From: an uncultured Actinomycetota bacterium
Lineage (GTDB): Bacteria > Actinomycetota > Thermoleophilia > RBG-16-64-13
Length of the DNA: 64,000 nt
Direction: 5' to 3'
Assembly (NCBI GenBank): GCA_963822135.1
Contig: CAWGGI010000004.1
Location: 156,290-220,289, forward strand
The position numbers and the translations under genes are program-made. The notes below the pieces were generated by a model. That model did not search any database. It was not told the origin of the DNA and saw nothing but the letters and a program-made list of their open reading frames with translations. Shown piece after piece: positions 1-11,346 of the stretch; position 1 is the first letter of the stretch, and each line of letters opens with the position of its first letter.

Positions 1-639
1 GCCGGCGGTGGAGCCGGCCTTGTCCATGTCGCTGATACCGATGCGGATGGCGAAGGGCGCGACCATCCCCAGCAACAGCACCGACGGTACGAAAAGGACG
101 ACACAGGCGAAGAACGACCCCAGCACCGCTCCCGTGGAGACCGAGTCGATGCCCTGGATGGTCACGTTGAGGAAGGGCCGGGCGACGAACGGGATGATCG
201 CGGTGAGGATGGCCCCGGCCAGGACGATGAAGCCCAGCAGCCGCGGGCTGGGCCAGCGGTCGGCCAGCCGACCGCCCACCACGTAGCCGAGTGACAAAGC
301 GACCAGGATGAGGCCGATGATGTTGGCCCAGATCATGGTGGACGAGCCGAAGTAAGGAGCCAGCAGACGCGAGGCGCACATCTCGGTGGCCATGGTGCCG
401 ATGCCCGCGAAGAAGACCAGCCCGTAGAGCGCGGCCGGACGCACCAATTGCACCGGCGCCGTGGGGCCGTGCGAAGTCGCCGGGGCCGAAGCCGAAGCGG
501 CGGCGCCCTGCGACGACTCCGAGAGCAGCGGCGCCTGCGCTACGCCCGCGCCTCCGCCGGCAGCGGCCGCGCTCACGGCGGCACCGGCCTCCGGCACTGC
601 CAAGTGTGTTCGGAGATGGCTAGTCAGCACAGATGCCAT
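1..639 (-). CDS. Fused MFS/spermidine synthase-like membrane protein, N-terminal part (runs off window edge)
   Basis: Manual minus-strand translation from ATG 639: ...LYGLVFFAGIGTMATEMCASRLLAPYFGSSTMIWANIIGLILVALSLGYVVGGRLADR..., the typical N-terminus of this family; open to base 1. Confidence 0.8.
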   Translation of the reverse strand, partial: MASVLTSHLRTHLAVPEAGAAVSAAAAGGGAGVAQAPLLSESSQGAAASASAPATSHGPTAPVQLVRPAALYGLVFFAGIGTMATEMCASRLLAPYFGSSTMIWANIIGLILVALSLGYVVGGRLADRWPSPRLLGFIVLAGAILTAIIPFVARPFLNVTIQGIDSVSTGAVLGSFFACVVLFVPSVLLLGMVAPFAIRIGISDMDKAGSTAG

Positions 640-762
640 GCGTGATCCTGTTTGGAGGAACCAGCGAGCCGGGCAATTATCCGGGAGGCTCCGCGCACAT
701 TCAAGGACGCCGTTCCGGTGTGCTAAGGTCCAAGGAGTTCACGTCCATCAGGGAGGTAGACG

Positions 763-1420
763 ATGCAGCAGCCCCCGGAACAACTCACGCCGCCGTACTC
801 GGCGATCCCCGCGTTCCCCTTGACGTTCGCCGTGGAATACCCCGACCGGCCTCTCAACCGGCTGTCCACCGCACTGCGCTTCCTCTGGATCATCCCCATC
901 GGTATCATCGCCTCCTTGGTCGGCTCGGGCCAGATCAGCCTCGAGGGCAACGACTACTCCTGGTCGTGGGCTGTTGGCGGCATGCTGGTGCTGCCGGTGG
1001 TGCTGATGATCCTCTTCCGCCAGAAGTATCCGCGCTGGTGGTTCGACTGGAACCTGAACCTCACCAAGTTCCTGGTCAGGGTCGGCACCTACGCCCAGCT
1101 CCTCCGTGACGAATATCCCTCCACCGACGAGGAGCAGGCGGCCTTCGTGGACTTCCCCTATCCGGATGCGCTGAGACTCAACCGGTGGCTACCGCTGGTC
1201 AAGTGGTTCCTCGCCATCCCCCACTGGATCATCCTGGCGTTCCTGTGGCTGGGGGTCTTGGTCTGCGTGATCATCGCCTGGTTCGCCATCCTCTTCACGG
1301 GCAGATATCCGCTGGCTCTCTTCATGTACGTGGTGGGGGTGAACCGCTGGTCCCTGCGGGTCGTACGCCTACGCCCTGCTGCTGGTGACCGACCAGTATC
1401 CGCCGTTCAGCCTGGACTAG
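763..1420 (+). CDS. DUF4389 domain membrane protein (one frameshift near 1366)
   Basis: Two repeats of LNR..L.R/K.L.IP ... YP; the C-terminus YALLLVTDQYPPFSLD* lies in a shifted frame ending at TAG 1420. Confidence 0.8.
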
Positions 1421-1460
1421 GGCCAACAACCAGGAGCGACCGTCCCGATGCTGCGCCGTC

Positions 1461-3065
1461 CTACTGGACCCCGCGGACCTTGTCGGCCAGATCGCACGCT
1501 TCTTTGTAGAGACCCGAGCCGGTCCCGATGGTGTCACCGAGCTCGAGGTGCGGATCAGTGACGGAGTCATACGGCGGCCACAACGGCGCCTCGTCACCGT
1601 TCGGATCTCCCGTAGCCGCGAAGCGGGTCCAGTACCCCATGATGGTGGACGACAGGTCGTAGTCCGCCGGCTCGAGCTTGCCCAGGCTTGTGAAGAGCCC
1701 TGCGTTCCCGAAGACATACGGTATCTCCACCGCGTGAAAGGCGCCGAGCGGGTTGCCCAGAGGCACGCGGGTGAACTCGTACAGAAAGGCCGATGGACCG
1801 CCGGTAGCGGTCGCTGCGCTCATGGCCCGGGCCGCGAAGCGCGCCGTCGAGGCGAAGCCCACTTCGGTGAGCATGCGGCTCAAGGCCGGCATGACGTCCT
1901 CGGGTTGTTCGACGGGATACAGAGTCAGAGCCTCCTCGGTGTACGGCCCGAAGATCTTATTCATGTAGGCCTCATATTCCGTCGGCGGGATGGTCAGTCC
2001 GGCCAGGAAGGCATTGCCCTCGTCCTTGTTGGACCCGATCAGGAGCGGGACCTTCATCTGCTTGCCGGCCAGCCACAGTCGACTGGGGAGGTCGGGCAAG
2101 ACGTATCCGTCGGCCACCGGCTTCCAGCTGAGACCGGCATCCATCAGGCTCTCCGCCTGACCCGCCGCCGCCACCAAGGCATCGGCGCTCAACGCCCGCA
2201 ACTGGCCAGCGGCATCGCCGGACGCATCTGCTCCAAGGCCCTCGGCGAACTTCACCCCGGCCTGCTCCGCTTGGGCGAGAGTACTGTTCGTGGATACCCC
2301 GAAACCGGCGTCGAGCAGGATGCCGCTCTGCACGGCGGCGCGCTGAAAAAGACCCTCAGCCAGGGGGCTCACGAGCAGGTCGAGGATGCTGATGGCGCCC
2401 GCCGATTCACCGAAGACAGTGACGTTGGCCGGGTCGCCGCCGAAGGCGGCGATGCTCTGCTGCACCCATCGGAGCGCGGCGATCTGATCGAGCAGACCAT
2501 AGTTGCCCGACACTCCCTGCGGCGACTCCGTGGAGAGAGCCGGGTGCGCGAGGAACCCGAGCGGACCCAGGCGGTAGTTGATCGTGACGACCAGCACACC
2601 ACGTTTGGCCAGTTCCTGTCCTCCGTAGACCGCCATGGAACCGGCGCCGGATACGAAACTGCCCCCGTGGATCCACACCATCACCGGAAGACGTTCATCG
2701 GCCGACTCCGCCGGAGACCAGACGTTCAGATACAAGCAGTCCTCGCTGGTCGGTCCCACGTCGAGGTAGAACAACTCGCCCGCGCCCTCTTGGGGGCAGG
2801 CCGGTCCGAACGAAGTGCAGGCCCGCGGTTCCGTCCACGGCGTAACCGGTTGGGGCGGTTTCCAGCGTAGATCGCCCACCGGAGGAGCGGCATACGGGAC
2901 GCCCTTGAAGCTCCAGATGCCCTCTTCCTCGACACCGGTGATCGGCCCGCTCTGCAGCTCGACCCTCTCGAGCGAGGCGCCACCGCACCCCGAGGCGGCG
3001 ACCACCGTGAGAAGGGCGGCGGTCAATGCCAGAATCCAGAAGGTCGACTTGAACGAGGATCTCAT
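1461..3065 (-). CDS. Type-B carboxylesterase/lipase family lipoprotein
   Basis: GVPYAAPPVGDLRW, SEDCLYLNVW, HGG oxyanion motif, GESAG nucleophile motif, lipobox-like signal. Confidence 0.93.
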   Translation of the reverse strand: MRSSFKSTFWILALTAALLTVVAASGCGGASLERVELQSGPITGVEEEGIWSFKGVPYAAPPVGDLRWKPPQPVTPWTEPRACTSFGPACPQEGAGELFYLDVGPTSEDCLYLNVWSPAESADERLPVMVWIHGGSFVSGAGSMAVYGGQELAKRGVLVVTINYRLGPLGFLAHPALSTESPQGVSGNYGLLDQIAALRWVQQSIAAFGGDPANVTVFGESAGAISILDLLVSPLAEGLFQRAAVQSGILLDAGFGVSTNSTLAQAEQAGVKFAEGLGADASGDAAGQLRALSADALVAAAGQAESLMDAGLSWKPVADGYVLPDLPSRLWLAGKQMKVPLLIGSNKDEGNAFLAGLTIPPTEYEAYMNKIFGPYTEEALTLYPVEQPEDVMPALSRMLTEVGFASTARFAARAMSAATATGGPSAFLYEFTRVPLGNPLGAFHAVEIPYVFGNAGLFTSLGKLEPADYDLSSTIMGYWTRFAATGDPNGDEAPLWPPYDSVTDPHLELGDTIGTGSGLYKEACDLADKVRGVQ

Positions 3066-3137
3066 CGCCCACCTCCCCCTCGCGAATCCGCCCGTGACCG
3101 GGCCGACCGCGGCTGCTCGGTCAACAGGGTGTTCGGC

Positions 3138-3611
3138 TCAGCGCTCCGCGAGCTCGGTGATCTCTATGCTGTCGATGATATCGATGCAGCCGATGACGCT
3201 CATCGCCGCCGGGCAACCCTTGAGATAGCCGGCGAAGACCTCGCGGGCCTCTTCTGCCTTGCCTGCCGGGACCTTCAACGCGTAATCCACCCGGATCCGG
3301 CTGATACGCAGCACCCCGTCGATGTCCTCGATGTCGCCTTCGACAAGGGCCCTGTAGCGATCGGTATGAGTGGGGATCTTGCGGCTGGCCAGCGCCGTGG
3401 CCAGTGTCCCCATCATTCAGCCGCCCACCGCCCCGACGATGTGGTCGAGAGTGGCCGCGTGCTCCACCTCGGGGTCCACACGATAGAACTTCTTTATGCC
3501 CCCGTGCACCCCGTAGTAGATGGGCTCGCCGAAGCCCTCGATGATCGCTTTGCGCGTGGGACCGTTCTCCCGGACTATCGTGATACGCGAGGTGTGTACG
3601 ATCTCACCCAT
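3138..3611 (-). CDS. OsmC-like peroxiredoxin, probable selenoprotein (in-frame UGA at 3417-3419)
   Basis: ORFs 3417..3617 and 3138..3416 are contiguous and in frame: ...HIVGAVGG-UGA-MMGTL...; C-terminal CP motif; hairpin 12 nt after the UGA. Confidence 0.85.
3385..3404 (-). promoter_or_regulatory. Putative bacterial SECIS hairpin
   Basis: CTGGCCA-CGGCGC-TGGCCAG: perfect 7-bp stem starting 12 nt after the UGA, with G at loop position 2. Confidence 0.7.
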
Positions 3612-3626
3612 GCCCAACGCCGCCTT

Positions 3627-4091
3627 TCAGGCCACGGCCTGGCCCAGACGCAGTTCGTCTTCCGATCCCTGCCGCGTGTCCACCACCTCTACGTCGAAAT
3701 GGAGGGTCTTGCCGGCAAGCGGATGGTTCGCGTCCACCACCACGGAGGTCTCTTTGACCTCGGTCACCGTGATGGTCATCTCCCCGCTGGGGGTCTCGGC
3801 GCAGAACTGCATCCCCACTTCCATGGGCAGCTCATCCGGAAACTCGTCCCGAGAGACCTCGAAGACCGCCTCCTGATCGAACTCACCGTAGCCGTCGACC
3901 GGCAGGACGCTGACTTTCGCTTTGTCGCCTGGCGACATTCCTTCCAGTTCGCGCTCGAGCCCGGGGATGAGGTTGTCGTAGCCGTGAAGATAGACCAGGG
4001 GAGCCCGGCCTACGTTCGAGTCGACGATGACGCCGTCGCTGTCGGTGAGCGTATAGAAGATGCTGACGACGGCTCCGCTGGTGACCTGCAT
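3627..4091 (-). CDS. slyD: FKBP-type peptidyl-prolyl cis-trans isomerase, SlyD-like
   Basis: MQVTSGAVVSIFYTL...PLVYLHG...LIPGLE...VDANHPLAGKTLHFDVEV. Confidence 0.9.
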   Translation of the reverse strand: MQVTSGAVVSIFYTLTDSDGVIVDSNVGRAPLVYLHGYDNLIPGLERELEGMSPGDKAKVSVLPVDGYGEFDQEAVFEVSRDEFPDELPMEVGMQFCAETPSGEMTITVTEVKETSVVVDANHPLAGKTLHFDVEVVDTRQGSEDELRLGQAVA

Positions 4092-4144
4092 GTCGGATGT
4101 CCCTTCCTTTGAAGTCGAGGCGATTGAGCAGATGGTGAAGCTTA

Positions 4145-4894
4145 CTACACTCTGTCCTCGGGGCCGGTCTCCTCTTGACTGGTCTCCTCTTCCCACCAGC
4201 GCCGGTGCCGAGCCCGGGCAAGCTCTTCGGGAACGGTGCCGCCGACCATGCCGCGGAGGTAATCGCGGCCGTGCCTGGTGAAGACCACGTGGGCCAGATG
4301 GCCGAGGAAGAGCACGATGGCCAGGATGGCAAGGATGCCGTGCAGCCATAGCGCTCGCGAGACGAGCCAGGCGGGAACGTCCTCTCGGTGCATGAGGATC
4401 CCGCCCGTGACCGCGAAGCCGAGGGCCATGGCGGCTATGAGGACCACGTTGAACTTCTGACCGGCGTTGAGCCAGCCCTGTGGCGGCATCTCCCGGCCGC
4501 GCAGCGTGTACCCCCTCAGTGCCAGTCCGAACCAACGCCGGTCGTCCCAGCTCCAGCGGTCCACCTCGCGGACGTCCCGCGCCAGGCGGCGGCGATCGAG
4601 GATGAGGAAGAGAAGGAGCGGCACCGCCACCATGGCGAAGCCGATGGCTCCGTGGTACGTAGACACGGCGCTCCGGGCTCCCGCCATCCACTCCCGGGTA
4701 GGCGGGAGCCACATCAGCAGACCACTGACGAACGCTACCAGGAAGAACAGCGCATACAGCCAGTGATAGAGGCGCTCAGCGATCACGAAACGGCGCAGGC
4801 GGCCGGGAGCGACGGCGACCGCCGCCTCGGGCGGGGTCAGGGCTTCTGTGTCGAGGGACGGGTCAGGCGATGGTGGCGTCTTCGGGATATCCAC
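4145..4894 (-). CDS. Cytochrome b / formate dehydrogenase gamma-like membrane subunit
   Basis: RF..AERLYHW, NAGQK motif, four TM helices with His ligands. Confidence 0.85.
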   Translation of the reverse strand: MDIPKTPPSPDPSLDTEALTPPEAAVAVAPGRLRRFVIAERLYHWLYALFFLVAFVSGLLMWLPPTREWMAGARSAVSTYHGAIGFAMVAVPLLLFLILDRRRLARDVREVDRWSWDDRRWFGLALRGYTLRGREMPPQGWLNAGQKFNVVLIAAMALGFAVTGGILMHREDVPAWLVSRALWLHGILAILAIVLFLGHLAHVVFTRHGRDYLRGMVGGTVPEELARARHRRWWEEETSQEETGPEDRV

Positions 4895-5555
4895 GCTGCT
4901 CCCAGTAGCCCTTGTATCCGTCGGGCGACTCGATGGCCTCCACCCTCACCACCCACTTGACGTACTTGTAGCCCATGGTGCCGGGCAGTACCAGTCGCAA
5001 AGGCTGACCCAGTTTGGCCGGGAGCAGGACCCCGTCGATCTCGTGAGCCAGGAGGGTGTCCTCCCGCTTCGCTTCCTCCAGGGTCACCGAGTCGGTGTAG
5101 ACGCCATCTGAGGAGTGGAAGACCAGGTGGGTGGCCCGGGGATCGATATCGGCCAGCTTCATGATCTCGGTGAGCATCACTCCGCCCCACTCGACGTTTT
5201 TGACCCCCCACCCCTCCACGCAGTAGAAGTCGCGAACGCGCTCGACCTGGGCAAGGTCCTTGAATTCGGAGAAGGTCAGCGACTGCGGGTTGCGGAAGAG
5301 GCCGTCGATCGTGAGCCGCCAGGTGGTCTCGTCGAAGGTCGCGCCCGGGGCGACGGAATTGACCCGAAAAGCATCTGCCGTGCCGCCCGAAGTTCCGCCC
5401 GAACCCCCGCTGGAGCCGTTGCCGGAACCGCCGCCCGAACCACTACCGGTCGTCAGCTGGGGCAACAACTCCTTGCCAAGGAACAGAGCCGCCACCCCCG
5501 CGATCACCAGACCGATGAATGCACGTCGGCCGATATTCTTCTCGCCGTCGCTCAT
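4863..5555 (-). CDS. Molybdopterin-dependent oxidoreductase (sulfite oxidase/MsrP-like), Tat signal
   Basis: GRRAF twin-Arg motif; DFYCVEGW, G.PLRLVLPG.MGYKYVKW, GYWE.RGY. Confidence 0.9.
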   Translation of the reverse strand: MSDGEKNIGRRAFIGLVIAGVAALFLGKELLPQLTTGSGSGGGSGNGSSGGSGGTSGGTADAFRVNSVAPGATFDETTWRLTIDGLFRNPQSLTFSEFKDLAQVERVRDFYCVEGWGVKNVEWGGVMLTEIMKLADIDPRATHLVFHSSDGVYTDSVTLEEAKREDTLLAHEIDGVLLPAKLGQPLRLVLPGTMGYKYVKWVVRVEAIESPDGYKGYWEQRGYPEDATIA

Positions 5556-5677
5556 GGCTCTCATTATCGCAGGAGAAGCCGGAACACGTCGTTTGGGGGC
5601 CGCGAGTCACGCCTGCCGGGCGTGCGCAGGCGGGCGTATACTCGTCGGGAGGGCACGGGCGCCAGGAGGGAAGAGTC

Positions 5678-7240
5678 ATGAAACGCTCGGGATCGCGGCC
5701 GGTGATGCGTGCAATCGTCGCGCGTGCGGCGGCCGCGCCGGCTGTGGCACTTCTGATCGGAGCCCTCCTGTTGTCGTGGCCGGCCCCCGCACAGGCGAAC
5801 GACACGTCGGTCGGCGGGGTCGGCGGAGATATCTTCCCTCTATCCAACACCGACATCCGGCTGGAAGCTGAGACGGTGCAGGCCATCTGCTACCGCTACT
5901 TCGCCGAGTACCGTGTGGACTTCCTGTTCGTCAACAATGGCGAGCCGCAGACCCTCATGCTCGGGTTTCCCTATCTACTGGTGGGACCCGAAGGCAACGG
6001 CACCACGCCGGTGGCCTTCCGAGCCTGGCAAGACGGCACGCCACTGCCGGTGAGCATCGGCGAGGGGCGGTACGGCGACACCGATCAGGGCTACTACCTC
6101 CACGAGGCCACCTTCCCGCGCGGGCAAACGATGATCCGGGTCAGATATCTGGGCAGTCCTACCTATACGGCAACCACCCGTTTCCCCGAGCTCGCCCCTC
6201 CCCAGATGAGAGGTGACGATCTTCAAGCCCAGGCGGCCCGTTATGACTACTGGCTGCACACCGGCGCGAACTGGGCAGGGACCATCGGCAAGGCAGTCGT
6301 CCTCTACCGGCTGGCCGACGACTTCAAGGGCTGGGGTATGGAGGTCGCGTCGAGCTACGGTAGGCCTAGCGAGGGCTGGCCCTGGATCACGAGTCCCGAG
6401 ACCTACAGCAACCCCGACGACCACACGTACCTCTGGAAGTTCGACGATCTGGAGCCGACGGAGGAAGACGACATCCAGCTGGCTTTCGCCGCGCCCTTCC
6501 CCAACGTCGACTTCACTGACGAGAGCTCCATGGAAGCCATTCCGCCCGTGTTCGGCGCGGCGGCGTTTCCCGATTCCAGTTGGCAGAATCAGTCGGCGAG
6601 CGACTACATGGCCGACTGGGCGATCGTCGACGGCTCCCCGGCGAGTGCATGGAGCGCCGGCACTCACGGCACCGAAGGCTGGGTTAAGGTCAGGATCGAG
6701 GGGAACCAGAGTGTCCAGGAGTTCCGCATCCTAACGGGCAGGAACGACACGCTGACGTCCTTCGGCGAAAACGGCCGACCCAAGACGGTGAAGGTGACGC
6801 TCTCAGACGGCACCACGGACACCTTCGACCTGGCAGACGACCCGTCGATCCAGACTTTCCTCATCGCGGGGACAGCGGAGTGGGCCCGTATCGACGTCCT
6901 TGACGTGTATCCCGGCACCAAGGGCGGTGACACCTACATCTCGGAGATCAGCTTCGGGAACGAGCCGGCTCCGCGCTTTCAGAGCTTCGCGGACCTCATG
7001 GGGGAGGCGGCCCCCTCCACCAGCAGTACTGCCGACACCGGGATCGCTACCACGACCACAGGCAGCACCCAGGAGGCGAGCGACGCCGCAGATCAGGAGG
7101 ACGACGAATGGATGATCTGGGCCATCGTCGCGCTGGCAGTTGCCGCGGCCGTCCTCGTCGCGCTTGTCGTGCTTCTCATCCTGTTCTTCAAGCGACGCCA
7201 AGTGCCGCCCGGAGACGGGTCGGCTCCGGGCGCCGGATAG
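5678..7240 (+). CDS. Secreted, membrane-anchored protein with DUF4424-like N-domain and discoidin-like C-domain
   Basis: Signal peptide (AQAND), YWLHTGANWAGTIG, DGSPASAW...DVYPGTK..DTYISEI, Thr-rich linker, C-terminal TM helix. Confidence 0.65.
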   Translation: MKRSGSRPVMRAIVARAAAAPAVALLIGALLLSWPAPAQANDTSVGGVGGDIFPLSNTDIRLEAETVQAICYRYFAEYRVDFLFVNNGEPQTLMLGFPYLLVGPEGNGTTPVAFRAWQDGTPLPVSIGEGRYGDTDQGYYLHEATFPRGQTMIRVRYLGSPTYTATTRFPELAPPQMRGDDLQAQAARYDYWLHTGANWAGTIGKAVVLYRLADDFKGWGMEVASSYGRPSEGWPWITSPETYSNPDDHTYLWKFDDLEPTEEDDIQLAFAAPFPNVDFTDESSMEAIPPVFGAAAFPDSSWQNQSASDYMADWAIVDGSPASAWSAGTHGTEGWVKVRIEGNQSVQEFRILTGRNDTLTSFGENGRPKTVKVTLSDGTTDTFDLADDPSIQTFLIAGTAEWARIDVLDVYPGTKGGDTYISEISFGNEPAPRFQSFADLMGEAAPSTSSTADTGIATTTTGSTQEASDAADQEDDEWMIWAIVALAVAAAVLVALVVLLILFFKRRQVPPGDGSAPGAG

Positions 7241-7365
7241 GCAACTGCACGCACGCCCGGTCGAGCGTGACCAGTGCGTAGTATCTTTACCTCGATCAGA
7301 ATCGGTCCGTAATCTGCGCCCTCTGGGGAAGGGCGCCGCCAGGCGCCGACTGCAGAAAGGGCGAG

Positions 7366-8646
7366 ATGGAAGCGAAAGGGCCCGGGTCCCCGCTACAGAT
7401 GGGCGATCCTGGCCACGGCAGCGGCAGTCGTCTTCGCGGCTCTGGGCCTCTCCCGCTTCAGCTACACCTCCATCCTGCCCTCGCATGCAGGAGGGGCTGG
7501 ACCTCAGCAACACCCAGGCGGGAGGCCTTGGCCACGGCCAACCTGGCCGGATACATGGCCATGGCCATCGTCGGGCGGAGCGCTGGCGTCGCGCTTCGGC
7601 CCCCGCCGCGTGATCACCGTAGGGCTCTTGCTGGCCTGCTCGGTATGGTCATCACCGGACTGGCTACCGGATATCCCATGGCGCTGGGTGGACGCTTCCT
7701 CTCCGGTGTCGGCGCAGCCGCGTCCAACATCCCCGCGCACACCATGATCGCTGCGTGGTTCTCGCAGCGGCGGCAGGGGCCTGGCTACCGGGACTGCCGC
7801 CACAGGTGCATCGGTCGGCCTGGTGGTCGTGGGTCCGCTGGTACCCTTCATCATCAGTGGTTTCGGCGAGGACGGCTGGCGAATGGCCTGGTTCATCCTG
7901 GCGGCGGTGGTCGTCCTGCTCGCCGTCGTCAGCTTCATCGTGATCCGCGACCGGCCCGGGTATCGGCCCGCCGACCACGGCCCTGCGATCCCCAGAACGC
8001 CCGGCGATTGGAAGAAGATCTACCTCTCCGCCAGAGTCTGGCATCTCGGGATCGTCTACTTCATGTTCGGCTTCGCCTACATGGCCTACATGACCTTCTT
8101 CACCAAGCGGCTCATCGCCGACGTGGGCTACACCCCGGAAGGCGCGGGCACGATGTTCATGATCCTCGGGTGGGCGAGCCTGGTGTGCGGCGTGCTGTGG
8201 GGGTCCATCGCCGACGCCATCGGGCGCAAGTGGGCCATGGTGGCCATCCTCTTCATCCAGTCGGTCGCATACGCGCTGTTTGCGCGTCTGGACGGGAGCC
8301 ACCGGCATAGTCGTCTCGGCGGTGCTCTTCGGGATCACCGCCTGGGGTATCCCGGCGATCATGGCAGTCGTGTGCGGCGACATCGTGGGACCGTTGATGG
8401 CTCCGGCGGCGTACGGTTTCCTCACTCTGTTCCACGGCTTCGGGCAGGCAGCCGGCCCGTACGTGGCCGGGCAGGCTGGCCGACTCGCTGCCAACCTTCA
8501 CCCCCAGCTACCTGATGGCCGCGGGGGTCGCGTTCCTGGGCGCCATCGGTCTGCTTCTGCTCCGTTGGGCGCCGGGGAGACCCGGGCGGAGGACTGCGGA
8601 ACCCGCCTGCGAGGTGGCCACCGTGGACGTGGCTCCGCCACTGTAG
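7366..8646 (+). CDS. MFS transporter (YbfB/YjiJ-like), several frameshifts
   Basis: MFS segments across frames: GLSRFSYT.ILP, GRFLSG, WGSIADAIGRK. Confidence 0.75.
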
Positions 8647-8733
8647 CGACCCGGCTTCGCCGCTCGCTCCGCCCGCCCGGCCCGTCCGCCCCCGGCCCCG
8701 CCTGTCCGCCGCCCACTGTATCCTTAGACCGCC

Positions 8734-10954
8734 ATGCCAGCACTTCCCATGCACCACATCCTGGCCGAACTGAACGACCGGCAGCGCCTTGCGGTCGAGC
8801 ACGGCGACGAGCCGCTGCTCATCGTCGCCGGAGCCGGCACGGGCAAGACGGCCACCCTCGCCCACCGGGTGGCGTACCGCATCGCCGGCGGCACCGACCC
8901 GGGGCGGATCCTGCTGCTCACCTTCACCCGCCGCGCGGCCGCCGAGATGCTGCGGAGGGTCGAAGGCATCCTGCGACGGCTGGAGGCCGAGACCCCGACG
9001 CAAAGAGGGCGCCGGCAAAGTCTGGGGGGGCACCTTCCACGCCACCGCCACCCGCCTGCTCCGCCTTCACGGCCGCAGCATCGGGCTCGATCCCGCCTTC
9101 ACCATCCTCGACCGTGGCGACGCCGAGGACCTCATGGGAGTCCTGCGCGCCGACCTCGGTCTGGCCAAGAACGACCGCCGCTTCCCCCTCAAGGGCACCT
9201 GCATGGACATCTACAGCCGGTGCGTCAACGCCCGCGAGACGGTGGAGGAGACGGTCGAGACCCACTTCCCCTGGTGCAAGGACGAGGTGGAAGACCTGCG
9301 CCGGCTCTTCGCGGCTACGTGGATCGCAAGGGCGAGCAGAGCGTCCTCGACTACGACGATCTGCTGCTCTTCTGGCACGGTCTGCTGACCGACGCCAGGG
9401 TGGCTCGCTCCATCCGGGGCCGATTCGACTGCGTGCTGGTCGACGAGTACCAGGACACCAACGCGCTGCAGGCCGAGATCCTGCAGATGCTCTGCCCCGG
9501 CGGGAAGAACCTCACGGTGGTGGGCGACGACGCCCAGGCCATCTACTCCTTCCGAGCGGCGACAGTCAGGAACATCCTCGACTTCCCCCTGCAGTTCCCC
9601 GGCACCACTATCGTCACCCTGGAGCAGAACTACCGCAGCACGCAGCCCATCCTCGACGCCACCAACGAGGTCATCGCCGAGGCCTCCGAGCGGCACGACG
9701 AAGAACCTGTGGTCGCAGCGGCCCGAGGGTGCCCGGCCCCAGCTGGTCTGCTGCGAGGACGAGGACGAGCAGACCGAGTTCGTCATCCGCAGCGTGCTCG
9801 AACACCGCGAGGCCGGGCTGCCCCTACGCCGGCAGGCGGTGCTCTTCCGGGCTTCACATCACAGCCTGGCGCTCGAACTGGAGCTCGCCCGCAGCGAACA
9901 TCCCCTTCCACAAGTACGGGGGGCTGCGCTTCGTCGAGACCGCGCACGTCAAGGACCTGCTCGCCTTCCTGCGCCTGGCCGAGAACCCTCGGGACCTCAT
10001 GGCCGGCACCCGCGTGCTCATGCTGCTGCCCGGAGTCGGCCCCAAGAAGGCCCGGGCGCTCATGGACAGTCTGGCGGCCGGAGCGCGCGGCCGAGGCGGC
10101 GCCGGCGCGGCCAAGCGGTGCCGCACCGGAAGGCGGCCCGGCCGAGCCTGCACCGCGGGTGATAGCGCCGCAAGAAGCCGAGCCGAGCGAGGCCGGCCGG
10201 CACGGCGGCAGCCTCGCCGCCTGCGGCTTCACCGCTTGGGCCGCCCGCCCGGCTCCCTCTGCCGCGGCGGCCGAGGCTTGGGACGGCCTGGTGTCGCTCA
10301 TGACCGGCATCGGGAGTCGCGAACCGGGCGATCTCGCCTCCCAGATCAAACGGATCAGGCTTTTCTACACGCCGCTTCTCGAGCGTCTCTACGACAACGC
10401 CCGCGCCCGGCTGCTGGACCTGGAGCAACTCGAGGGGCTGGCCGCCCGCTCCCCCGACCGGGCCCGCTTCCTCGCCGAGATCGCCCTGGACCCGCCCAGC
10501 TACACCGAGGATCTCGCCGGCCCGCCGCTGCTGGACGAGGACTTCCTCATCCTCTCCACCATGCACTCGGCCAAGGGCTTCGAGTGGGACGCGGTCTACG
10601 TCATCCACGCCGCCGACGGCAACATCCCCTCCGACATGGCCACCGGCAGGCTCGAGGAGATCGAGGAGGAGCGCCGGCTGTTCTACGTCGCGCTCACCCG
10701 GGCGAAGGACTGGCTCTACGTCTGCTACCCGCTCCGCTACTACTCGTACCCCCGCACCTTCAGCGACATCCACGGTTACGCCCAGCTCACGCGGCTTCCT
10801 GCCCAGGAGCGTGCGCCGCCTGTTCGAAGAGGTCCAGGCCTCGAGTGTCACGGCCCCCGACCAGACCCGCGACGCCACCCAGGCATGGACTCCCGGCGCC
10901 GAGGGTACGGTCACCACCGAAGACATCCGGCAGCGGCTGAAGGGGATGTTCTGA
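8734..10954 (+). CDS. ATP-dependent DNA helicase, UvrD/PcrA/Rep family (frameshifted)
   Basis: AGAGTGKT, LLLTFTRRAA, GTFH, VDEYQDTN, VGDDAQAIYSFR, LEQNYRS, STMHSAKGFEW, EERRLFYVALTRA. Confidence 0.92.
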
Positions 10955-11040
10955 TCAGGTTGTGGTAAGACGGGCCGGTGCGGAGCGTGCGATAATACCT
11001 CACCTCCGAATCCGGAAGTACTCATGAGGAGAGTGTTTGG

Positions 11041-11295
11041 ATGCCTAGTTGGATCGGACCCTGGGAGATCGCGATTGTCCTGGTGTTGGCCCTGCTCATC
11101 TTCGGGCCCAAGAAGCTGCCGGACCTGGGATCCTCCCTCGGTCGGTCGATCACCGGCTTCAAGAAGGGTCTCAAGGAGACCCAGGAAGACGTGAAGTCGG
11201 CCATGAAGGAAGATGTCACCGCCGAAGCGCCGGCGGGTGCTGAAGCTCCCGGCACCACCACGGCCGCGACGACCAAGACCACCGAACAGAGCTAG
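11041..11295 (+). CDS. tatA: Twin-arginine translocase subunit TatA/E
   Basis: IGPWEIAIVLVLALLIFGPKKLPDLGSSLGRSITGFKKG. Confidence 0.95.
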   Translation: MPSWIGPWEIAIVLVLALLIFGPKKLPDLGSSLGRSITGFKKGLKETQEDVKSAMKEDVTAEAPAGAEAPGTTTAATTKTTEQS

Positions 11296-11346
11296 TGACG
11301 CGCCGGCCGGCCGTACGCCGGCCGGCCACTCACTGTCCCGCCGGGT

